NCBI GenBank assembly: GCA_043228905.1 | Contig: JBHGNT010000016.1 | Span: 1,178,001 to 1,242,000, forward strand | Direction of reading: 5' to 3' | Origin: Azolla caroliniana | Taxonomy: Eukaryota; Plantae; Polypodiophyta | Length of the DNA: 64,000 nt | Part shown: positions 10,958 to 21,632 of the stretch, piece by piece | Position numbering within the stretch: the stretch's first letter is position 1 | Layout of the letters: each line of letters starts with the position of its first letter | The notes under the pieces: model-generated | Databases searched by the model: none | Seen by the model: only the letters and a program-made list of their open reading frames with translations | Told to the model about the DNA's origin: nothing | Program-made: the position numbers and the translations under genes

Positions 10958-11763
10958 TGTCCTGAGGATTTTCGGCTACGGTGAGAAACCCGAGTGGGAC
11001 GAATAAAAATGGGATGTGCAACATTGCACATGCACTTAGGAATTTGTAAATAAGAATAAGAAAGAAAATGTAAAGGGAAAGGTGAAATGTAAGGTGTTAA
11101 AGTACACCAAAAAGTTCGTAAAGTATAAATGTGATGTGCACATGCACACGTAGGAAAAGAGAGTGCATAGGGCATGGTAGTGTGTGTGTGTGTGAGAGAG
11201 AGAGAATGAGATGAGAGGGAGTTCAGGCCCCATCAATCTCTCTTCCTAAGATCAAGGTGAATATTCTTCTTTGAAAAGAGAGGAATCTTTGGCCTCTCCT
11301 TTTGTAATAAGCCTCACCTTTTTCCACTATAAAAAGGGGTGAGGAGGCACTATTGAGGGGGTCGCCATTTTGTCGTTTTGAGGTAGATCGTTAGAGTTTC
11401 TTTTCTTCTTCATCATCTTGTCCCTATTTCGTTTTAGAGTTTCGTTTTGATCATCATGGTAGTAGTTTGTAAGGTTTAGGGTTTAGGGTTTCCTTCACTC
11501 TCTCTTTGGTCATTGTCTCGTCGTCTAGTGGTGCTTGAGTCTGGCCTATATGGCCGCGGTTGTAAGTCATATGATGGATTTCGTAATGTAATTTGATTGA
11601 TGAACCTGGTTTGAGTCTAGTTCTTGTTGTGTCAATCCTTCACACCTTATTCCTCCCCTTTCGTAAGCCCATAAGAGATAAACTCTCATTCCCCCTTTCC
11701 TCCCTAGTCTGAGACCCTCGGGGTTCCGCCCAATCCAACATGCACATGTGGATTTCCATGACA
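10958..11763 (+). mobile_element. Solo LTR (806 bp) with a 4-bp TSD ACGT
   Basis: TGTC...GACA termini, ACGT at 10954-10957 and 11764-11767, and CTATAAAAAGG at about 11327. Removing the insert and one ACGT restores the Gypsy reading KHRWKIR|ATTRTA. Confidence 0.9.
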
Positions 11764-12465
11764 ACGTATCTTCCACCTGTGCTTGGTGTTGATCAGCCAT
11801 TTCCCCTTCTTATAGAAGTCCATTGACATCAAATTTATCTTTGATCCGTTGTCGATCAGCACCACAACCGGCTCCTTCACGTCTCCAATTCAAACCAAAG
11901 TCTTCGTTGTTGCCCTTGTCCAGTGTGGCCGGTTTTTCACTCTCTAGCTTGGCCAAGAGTTTCTTTCTCTTCACGAGGTCGATGATGGTGTCGTGGAACT
12001 CCTTCTTCACGATGCCCAATACTTCCCTCAATTGTCAAGGATTTGCTCCTCCAAGACCCTTCGTAGGTTTGTTGACTTCTTTATCTCTGAGCTTAGCCGG
12101 AAGCTCGGAAATTTCCCCTTTTCTTTCTCCTTAGGGTTGACACCCTTCACCTCGTTTCGGCCCACTCCGAGTGTTATACCTGCCCAAGGTGTTGAGAACT
12201 TAACGTTCCTTATGTCCGACGCTCAGCCACAACCGAGATTCTTTACATACACAGAAAAACAGGTAATGAAACGCGACGCAAAAGAGGAGAAATGGTACAC
12301 AGGAGGTATACGTGGAAAACCCCAAAATAGGGGAAAACCACGGCAGCCCACAAGCTGCAAACTGTCACTATGTAGAAATATACAACAGTAAGATCACTGA
12401 GGCAACGACCTCGTGCTCTCAGATCTTCGCCACAGGCGGCGGTTACAACAGAGGCAACGACCTCG

Positions 12466-12497
<32 letters not shown>

Positions 12498-12599
12498 CAG
12501 TTACGCGCTCTGATTTCTTCTTGCACCAACAAGAAAAAGAAAATAACAAGAATAATGACAACACACTACTAAAAGTTTGCCCTAAGTCATATTTATACT

Positions 12600-12748
12600 C
12601 CCCCTTCACTCCGGCATGGGGTGTCTTTCCAGCCCGATCCTCTTCCGGCATGCGTCCAGCTTGTCGGGTGTCAACACTTTGGTCAGCATATCTGACCCGT
12701 TCTCGGCCGTGTGGATCTTCGCCAATGCGAACCTCCTGGTCATCTACC
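12600..12748 (-). pseudogene. Displaced, inverted C-terminus of the Copia RNase H plus the polypurine tract
   Basis: The minus strand reads VDDQE/FALAKIHTAENGSDMLTKVLTPDKLDACRKRIGLERHPMPE* followed by AGGGGGAG. Confidence 0.85.
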
Positions 12749-13472
12749 TGTTGGTAGACAGGTCCCTCCGGATGGGAAGGGAGAAACGGAGAGTCGGATG
12801 GTGTAGGCCCGGTATGAACCGGATGAGGAGTACCCGACTGCGGAGAACCGGATGAGGAGTACCCGACTGCGGAGAGTCGGATGGTGTAGGCCCGGTATGA
12901 ACCGGATGAGGAGTACCCGACTGCGGAGAGTCGGATGGTGTAGGCCCGGTATGAACCGGATGAGGAGTACCCGACTGTGGAGAGCCGGATGGAGCCCATC
13001 GAGGCTACATTTGTAAATAGCCGAAAAGTCATATTAGTATAAATATGACTTAGGGCAAACTTTTAGTAGTGTGTTGTCATTTTTCTTGTTGTTATTCCTT
13101 CTTGTTGGTGCAAGAAGAAATCAGAGCGCGTAACTGTACAGAGAGAGAGAGAGAGAGAGAGAGACGAGGTCGTTGCCTCTGTTGTAACCGCCGCCTGTGG
13201 CGAAGATCTGAGAGCACGAGGTCGTTGCCTCAGTGATCTCACTGTTGTATATTTCTACATAGTGACAGTTTGCAGCTTGTGGGCTGCCGTGGTTTTTCCC
13301 CTATTTTGGGGTTTTCCACGTATACCTCCTGTGTACCATTTCTCCTCTTTTGCGTCGCGTTTTCATTACCTGTTTTTTCTGTGTATGTAAAGAATCTCGG
13401 TTGTGGCCGAGCGTCGGACATAAGGAACGTCAAGTTCTCAACAAGTGGTATCAGAGCGAAATCGACACAGAA

Positions 13473-16400
13473 AATGGACGAATCGTTTGGCGGCATGTTC
13501 AAGCTCACCGGCTCCAACTATTCAGTGTGGAAGTCGAAGATGAGGGACATGCTCGTGGTTAAAGACCTCTGGCTGCCGGTTCAGTTCGGGGACAAGAGAC
13601 CGGACAAAATCGACGCCGCGATATGGGAGGTGATGCACATGAAGACAACGGCGTACATACGGTGCTTCATCGACATGAGCCTGTACAACAACTTCAATGA
13701 AGAGAGCAAGGCTCATGAGCTCTGGGAGAAGATCAGCATGATGTTCCAAAACAAAAATGCTGTCAATCAGGCGTCGGTATTCCGGAAGCTTGTAAGACTC
13801 CGGTACCAAGATGGCTCAAGCATGGTGGAGCATATGAATGCCTTCCAGGGGCTGATTCACCAGGCAACGTCATTGGAAGTACCTCTTGCCGATGAGGTCC
13901 TAGCGCTACTCCTACTCGGTTCCCTCCCGGATAGCTGGGAGACGTTGGTTGTTACTTTGGGCAACGCCGGGCCGGAAGGAAAACGGCTATCCCTAGCAAG
14001 AGTAAAGTCGAGCTTGCTAGATGAGGAGGCTCGTCGGAAAGACAAAGATACGAGCTCCGACTCCAAAGCGCTTCTTACCGAATCGGAACGCGGAAGACAT
14101 AGAAACCGTAGTCCCCAGAACCGGGAGACGTCGGGGACACGATCAAAGTCAAGGGGGAGGCCTACTTGCTTCTATTGCGGCAAGCCGGGACACTTCCAAA
14201 AGAACTGTCGGCATTTCCGAAAAGACAAGGAAACCGACGGTACCGATTCGAAGCAAACCCCGAACTGGAACGGTAAAGACCGGAGGGGGCCGAACCGGAA
14301 GGGAACGACGGCAATTGCGGCAAGTGAAGAGGATTTGATGCTCATCACCGAGGAGAGTGAGATAAACCATGCCGGGGATGAGATGACCTGGGTGGTAGAT
14401 TCCGGAGCGTCGTTCCACCTTACCCCGGACCGGAAATGCTTCTCATCCTACTCAGCCGGTGATCACGGCTGTGTCCGGATGGGAAATGAAGGAACATGTC
14501 GAATTGTCGGCATAGGAGACGTGTGGCTGACAACACCAACCGGATGCAAGTTGTTGTTGAAAGATGTCCGACACGTTCCGGAAGTTCGTCTGAACCTGAT
14601 ATCAGCCGGTCGGCTAGATGATGAAGGCTACACGGGTAGCATCCGGAACGGTGTCATGAAGTTCAGCAAAGGGAGCCTGATTGTGGCTCGGGCCCGGAAG
14701 GTAAACACACTGTACCTGATGAATGCCCGGTTATGTCCGGAAGAAGTGAACGTGGCTTCCGACACTGCCGGTGAGTTGTGGCACAAGAGGCTATGTCACA
14801 TGAGTGAGAAGGGGATGAAGAGGCTTGGAGACGACAACCTCATTCCAGTGAAGAACGTGCACTTAGAGAAGTGCACTGATTGTCTGGCCGGTAAGCAGAA
14901 CCGGACCTCCTTCCGACCAAGGCCACCGATGAGACGTAATGCACCACTGGAGTTGGTGCATACGGATGTTTGTCAAGTAGACACGAAGTCACATGCCGGA
15001 GCGCAGTACTTCGTGACGTTCATAGATGACCACAGCCGGAAGCTGTGGGCCACACCGCTGAAGACGAAGGATCAGGTGTTATCCGTCTTCAAAGAGCTCC
15101 ACGCGAGAGTGGAAAGAGAAACCGGCCGGAAGCTGAAGGCGGTTCGAGCAGATAACGGAGGTGAGTACCGGGGGCAGTTCGAGGAGTACTGCCGCTCGAA
15201 GGGAATCCGGCTCGAATTTACCGTGCCGAAGACGCCGGAGCTAAACGGACTGGTCGAGAGGATGAACCGGACCATAATGGAGAGGGTCCGGAGTATGCTA
15301 GCGCATGCAAAACTACCCAAGAAGTTTTGGGCTGAGGCACTGTCGACGGCGACATATGTGATAAACAGATCACCCTCAGTACCCCTGGACGGAGACACGC
15401 CACAGAGAGTATGGACCGGTAAGGAAGTGTCCTACCGGCATCTAAGGGTGTTCGGGTGTCTCGCGTACGTGCATGTAGCAAAGGACCGGAGAGGAAAGCT
15501 AGATCCAAAGACCCGGCCATGCATATTCCTCGGTTACGGTGACGATGAGTTCGGCTACCGAGTGTGGGACCCGGTCGACAAGAAGGTATTCCGGAGTCGA
15601 GATATTATCTTCATGGAGGACAAGTCGCTCGCCGACTGGGAGTCGGAGAAGAAGATAGTGAACTCCGAGTCAACCGGTAAGGATAGACTCTACAATGAGC
15701 AGACCCAACCGGCAAGAGACTAGTTAGCACTCGAGGAACCAGCCGGTTACGGTGAGGATACCGAACCGGCAGAAGAAGAAGTAGAGGAAGTTGAGACCGG
15801 AACCGGTCAAGATCCCGAATCGGATTCGGATGAAGAGCAAATGGAGGAACCGATTACCGAAGCCCGAAGACGTAGATATCCTCTCAGAGAGAGAAGGGCG
15901 CCCCGGAGATTTCCGGATGCAGAGCATGTCCTGCTAACCGATGAGGGGGAGCCGGAAAGCTTCGAAGAAGCGAAGGAAGACACCCACAGCCGAAAATGGT
16001 TAAGTGCCATGCAGGATGAGATGGATTCCCTGCATGAGAACCATACGTACGAATTGGTGGAGCTGCCGAAAGAAAAGCGGGCACTCCGAAACAAGTGGGT
16101 TTTCAAGTTGAAACCGGGAGATGCCGGCAACCCCCCGAGATACAAAGCCAGGATCGTGGTGAAGGGGTTCCAACAGAAGAAGGGCGTGGACTTCGACGAA
16201 ATATTCGCCCCGGTAGTAAAGATGACCTCCATCCGGACGGTGCTGAGTATAGCAGCAAGCATGGATCTCGAGGTAGAGCAGCTGGACGTGAAGACGGCAT
16301 TCCTCCACGGCGACCTCGAAGAGGAAATCTACATGCAGCAACCGGAAGGATTTGTGGAGAAAGGGAAGGAGCACCTGGTATGCCGGTTGAAGAAGAGCCT

Positions 16401-17367
16401 ATACGGACTGAAGCAGGCTCCCCGGCAATGGTATCGGAAGTTCGACTCCTTCATGACCGATCAAGGGTACCACAAGACGCAGGCCGATCACTGCGTGTTT
16501 GTGAAGAAGTTCGAAGGAGGGGACTTCCTGATACTCCTCCTGTACGTGGATGACATGTCGATCGTCGGACGAGACCAAGGAAAAATACGAATGCTGAAGA
16601 AGGCTCTCAACCGGACCTTCTCAATGAAGGACTTGGGTCCGACAAGACAGATGTTGGGGATGCACATCATTCGGGACCGGTCAGTGAAGCAACTATGGCT
16701 GTCACAGGAGAAGTATGTGACAAAGGTGCTTCACCGGTTCAACATGTCAGATGCAAAACCGGTCGGATCGACACTTCCTGTAAACTGCAAGTTGTCCGGC
16801 AAGCAAAGCCCGAAGACAAAAGGAGAGAAGGCAGATATGATGAAGATTCCATATGCCTCTGCCGTTGGGAGCTTGATGTACGCAATGGTTTGTACCCGAC
16901 CGGACATTGGATACGCAGTCGGAGTGGTGAGCCGGTTCATGAGTAATCCCGGCAAGGAGCATTGGAATGCGGTCAAGTGGATACTCCGGTATTTAAAGGG
17001 CACTTCAAATATGTGTCTCCGATTCGGCACCGGAAAACCTCAACTGGACGGTTTCACCGATTCGGACATGTCGGCTGATGTGGATACCAGCCGGTCTACA
17101 TCCGGGTATGTGATGACATATGCAGGGGGAGTTGTCTCGTGGCAGTCGAGGCTGCAGAAGACGGTGGCATTGTCAACCACAAAGGCGGAGTACATGGCGG
17201 CTGTGGAAGCCGGCAAGGAAATATTATGGATGAAGGACTTCATCGGGGAGCTCGGTATCCGGCAAGAGGAATACCAACTCTACTGCGACAGTCAAAGTGC
17301 CATCCACCTTGCTAAGAATGCGGCCTACCATTCCCGGACGAAGCATATCCAGTGGAGGTATCACTGG
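13473..17367 (+). pseudogene. Copia gag-pol (Gag, CCHC knuckle, protease, integrase, RT, partial RNase H) with one in-frame stop
   Basis: CFYCGKPGHFQKNC, VDSGAS, LWHKRLCH, VHTDVC, DNGGEY, YKARIVVKG, LDVKTAFLHG, LYGLKQAPRQW, YVDD, FTDSD, YCDSQSAI, RTKHI. ORFs 13270-15723 and 15841-17415 are in the same frame, split by TAG at 15721-15723. Homology ends at RYHW (17367). Confidence 0.92.
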
Positions 17368-20300
17368 CCATTTACTCCACCCCGCAAGCAAGCAAGCAAG
17401 CAAGCAAGCAATTGATCTCTCTCTAGCGAATCGGAATTTATTTTAGAAAAAAAGAAGCCAGTCATATTTATACTAATATGACTTTTCGGCTATTTACAAA
17501 TGTAGCCTCGATGGGCTCCATCCGGCTCTCCACAGTCGGGTACTCCTCATCCGGTTCATACCGGGCCTACACCATCCGACTCTCCGCAGTCGGGTACTCC
17601 TCATCCGGTTCTCCGCAGTCGGGTACTCCTCATCCGGTTCATACCGGGCCTACACCATCCGACTCTCCGCAGTCGGGTACTCCTCATCCGGTTCTCCGCA
17701 GTCGGGTACTCCTCATCCGGTTCATACCGGGCCTACACCATCCGACTCTCCATTTCGGCCTCGGCCTGTCGGCCTCGGCCCAGTTTGTTCGTCGGCACTG
17801 TTCTTCTCCCTTCCCATCCGGAGGGACCTGTCTACCAACACAAGGGGCATGCCCCTCCTTGTCCTCAACCAGAACTTCGTAGTTCTAGCACGCTACTTCC
17901 ACGAAGTCGGTCTTCTCCTCAACCAAATCTCTCCATTTAGTGACCTCCTGAACCCGCTTCTCCACACGGTCCGCCTCCTCCTTCTTCAACTTCTTCCCAA
18001 AGAAGCCTTCAAGTATGAATGGCCAAAATCCAGCGTCGTTTCCGGAGCCAGTGTTCCTTTCTCCTCTGACCCAAATTCTTGTCGACGCCGAGTAATGGAT
18101 GGCCTCGACATGTCGCGTTGCGGCCTCCTCCATTAACCTCTTCATCCCGCCTCGGCCGGTGTTCATTTCGAGAGGCCTTCGCGTCTCGCTCGCTTGTACC
18201 CGGCCATTCCGGAGGTACACCACGTTGTTCCTTAGCACCTTGACGAAGTCTCTCCAAATGTGGCCAACACCATTGCACCACGTGCACCTAAGGTCATTGG
18301 GCGGGCGTTGGTCACATGATTGACCTTTGCCTTCCCTTCGAGCCTGAACGATTTGAAGATTGTGCACCATCTTCGCCAGCTCATCCAACATTGCGCCTCC
18401 TGACGGTCCATCGACCACGTTGGCCAGAACTAGGCCTGACTCAGGCCATCTTCTGGTCTTGTCCGACCGAGTCGGCATCTCTCCTGTCATCCTCCCAGCA
18501 ATCAGGGCGGTCGACGATGACCCCTCATCAATCCGTTCACGTCGTTTGTTGAAACGACTAAACCCTTTTGACCATGACCCCAATCAACCGATTTGATAAA
18601 AAGGACTTTACTCATGTTGAGCACTGTCTAATCCAGCGCCGAAGGTCACACAAATCACTTCTCGAACTCCTGGAGAAGCACCCATGTGTTCCTTCCATTG
18701 TCGGGGAGCTTGACCCACTCCATGAACTCCCTCTTCGATAACCAGAGTGAGTTGTCGAAGCAGCACCTTTCCAGGAGTTGCTCCTCGAACCCCTGTCAAT
18801 TACAGTAGTTGGCATGTACCTCAAGCACTTCGACATGGATGCTTCGTGTGACAACTTGGGAAAACACGGACAACCGCTTGTTGTCCGGAATGTCCCTCAC
18901 CAACATTTTGGCCTTGAAGGCCTCCAGATAATTTGTGACATCCTTGTTGTTAAATTGGCTCGTCATCCTGACTATTTTTTCTACTGCCTTATCGAGGCCT
19001 GTTGAGCTCTCTCAAGCATTGATGAGGCGATCCACGACGGCCGCCATTGCTTCTGCTAGCTCGCCTCCTCTCATCCTGGAGCTCCTTTGCCACCCTCTTC
19101 ATGTCGGGTTCACCAAATATGTCGCAGAAATCCATAAGTACGAGTCGGATTGGGCAGGACTGTGGGGGCCTTGGACTAAGGAGTCGGAGAGAGACCAAAG
19201 CATGTAGTGATTATCCGGCTCGACTGTCGGATGTCTTGATAGAGCACAAGGGTTCACAAACTTGTATCAAATCCAGCTCGAACTTCGAATCACGAAGAGA
19301 AGAGCACACAAAGAGCACACGGACTTGAGAAGAGCGCACACACGCACCCCGCACGCTAGTGAGCCTCTGGTCAGGATCACACGAGCTTCCTACGCAAGCA
19401 GAAACCTCACCAACACCTAACCGGATATACATAAGAGAAGACCAAAACTCAACGCACAATCCGACAACGTCATCCCTTCCAATACGATGGATCCCTCACT
19501 CGGCCTCTCTCCCCTCCTTTTATAGCACAAGGAGAGGCCGTTACAATAGAAATGAAGACAACGGTTTTCTGTCAGCGATTCCCCTCAGTTCCCTACCATC
19601 ATATCCTATTATTCCCCCTCATTTAATGGGATCGCAAAAGTACCTAATAACTATTTTGACTTGTACTTATTTAATACTCTCTTTATTTACATGTTCTTAC
19701 ACAAAGGACCTTTTTGTGCAAATGTGCACATCCCCATTTGCACACGGTCAACGAGCTTTTCTCCCATTTGCCGGAATCCTCCACGACAACGAGCAGAGGC
19801 CTCACCCCTATCCAACCGAACGCACAGAACAGAAAACTATAACACTTGAGAACACAAATCGGCAGCACCTCCCCCCAAAATGACGGATCCCCAAAACGGT
19901 CTTCCCCCCCTCCCTTCATAGCTCAAGGAGGGTCGGTTACATCAGTCGTTTTTCTTTATTCCAATGTTACACAAGTGTATCTGTAGGCAGACATACATGA
20001 CCTCATTTAAAACTTAACTATTATTATTATAATTCATAATACACTCATAATGGTTTTCTAGTAAATATGGTTTCACGAAGTCACTTTCCATGATCCCGAG
20101 GTAGAGAATGGTACCTTCACCAAAAAGGAAAAGGGAATGGTAATAAATGGGTCAAAGAAAGGAGTGGTAGTCCTCATTAACTCAACAAGGAAATACAGTA
20201 TATTTTTAAGATACATCGTTGGGTGTTTTTGATTTATTATAGTGGTATAATAAATCTTCAAATGACTTTATGATATGTGATTGTTCTCAATGATAGTAAT

Positions 20301-21632
20301 ACAAGAATTAAAATAGGATAGCCTCTTTTACATACATACTTAAATTGTAGCTAGGGGAATACTAGCTATTTGACTTGTATTTAAAGCATACAAGTTCATG
20401 TTGTTGTAGTTTAGATCTATGTCATTTAATATGGTGACCTACTTCACTTAGCACATTGGCCCTCTTAATGTGATTATAGTATGTAACACTTAGTTACGTC
20501 CTATACTCAAGAGACAAGATCAATAATCAAAGAGAACATTGAATGCTTAAATACGTAATCAACACTCTATTAATTGGATAGACATAGCATTAACCACTTA
20601 ATAATTAAGAATGGGAGAGAATAATATAAATTAGCACTTGCCCATGAGGTCTCTCTCTCTTGTGCTAATGTTCAACTTATGAAGACAAGAAGGGATGGGA
20701 GAAAAGGGCAGCTTTTTAAGCGAGGAAAATGATGTGCTTAGAGCAGTGTGGTGGGAGGTGCTTTGTGCGATGCTTCATGTTTGGATGCATGTACCCTTGG
20801 GACATGGGTCTATTTTTAGGCATCGTCCATACACTTGGTATTGGTTTTGCCATGTTTATTGGTGCAAGGATTTTGGGGTTGTTACATTGCTTGTGATCTT
20901 CTTGCAATACAAAAAATGTGATAAACAACTAATGTTGAAGTACTTACATTAAGGCTCACCATTGAAGGAGAGTGGTGTAACTTTGGTGACTCATGTCCAA
21001 TAGGCATTGTTTGTGTTTATGAACGAGCTCCACCACAAGTTTGCTAATGAGGGCATGCATCTATCTTCATATGGCATATGCATGGGACATGGAACATATT
21101 CAACCGTTATGCTTTTGGACATGGTTGTCTCCATGACATATATTGTTAATGTCAGTAGAGGTGCATTTAACACTTTTTCCATCAACCTTTGTCCTAAAAC
21201 ACATGTTCTCAATGTTTCTCAAATCTTCAAATGTAACATGGTTTTTCTTGATTGCATTCATGCCTCACATGTGAGTAGTCCTAGATAGAAGGCCTTAGTG
21301 CAACCATTAAAACCTATCAACGTGTCGTAGCAATAATGAAGCTCCATATTGTCTAGGTCAACCAAGCCTGAAATATTGTCACACTAACATTGGTGTCGAC
21401 TAACGTTATAGTAGCCCAATCATTAACTTGACATGGGAGGTGGAGGAAGTTGACCATCAAATAGCATGACATGTTATTGACTTGACGGTTTTTAGTGCTC
21501 CCTTTTACTTTCTTTGTTTAGTTTGTTGATATTTAAAGGGATTCTATATGTTGGCCCCTCTTCATATTCTTGTAGTGTTCTATGCTAGCGGCGAAGCATG
21601 ATTTGGTTGCCATGGCTTCATTCAATTTGCAA

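Larger units (their letters stand above)
12190..17840. mobile_element. Rearranged Ty1/Copia retrotransposon bounded by a 5-bp TSD CAAGG
   Basis: CAAGG at 12185-12189 and 17841-17845. Minus-strand LTR halves at 12190-12599 and 17460-17840, a complete plus-strand LTR at 12749-13443 (TGTTG...CAACA), and a tRNA-Met PBS TGGTATCAGAGC at 13446-13457. Confidence 0.93.
8960..19941 (-). mobile_element. Decayed, 3'-truncated non-chromovirus Ty3/Gypsy element (Phygy/Selgy/Ylt1-like), interrupted by a solo LTR and by the Copia structure
   Basis: 5' LTR at 19941-19203 (TGTA...TACA, TATAAAA at about 19524-19518). Gag fragments at 19200-17850, protease region at 12030-11764 and 10957-10590, RT at 10365-9358 (YSNRWFTVPKK, LRFIQDVQPINKVTI, FLDD), and connection/RNase H fragments to about 8960. 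Stops and frameshifts throughout. Confidence 0.85.

Noticed and set aside
12788-12990. CRISPR-like array
   Set aside because: The units are contiguous tandem repeats with no unique spacers, there are no cas genes, and the context is a eukaryotic LTR.
12394-13032. 212-aa and 134-aa (17478-17882) repetitive ORFs as novel proteins
   Set aside because: They are antisense readings of the GC-rich LTR repeat array.
15721-15723. In-frame TAG in the Copia pol as programmed readthrough
   Set aside because: It lies in the variable integrase-RT linker of a rearranged copy and has no recognised readthrough context. A point mutation is simpler.
19178-19202. Self-priming PBS for the non-chromovirus Gypsy
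   Set aside because: The partial complement in the LTR (about 19498-19512) is mismatched and too close to the TATA box to be the transcript 5' end. The primer remains unidentified.
20650-21290. Short ORFs as a gene or an L1 ORF1 relic
   Set aside because: No motif I could identify with confidence and no consistent exon structure.
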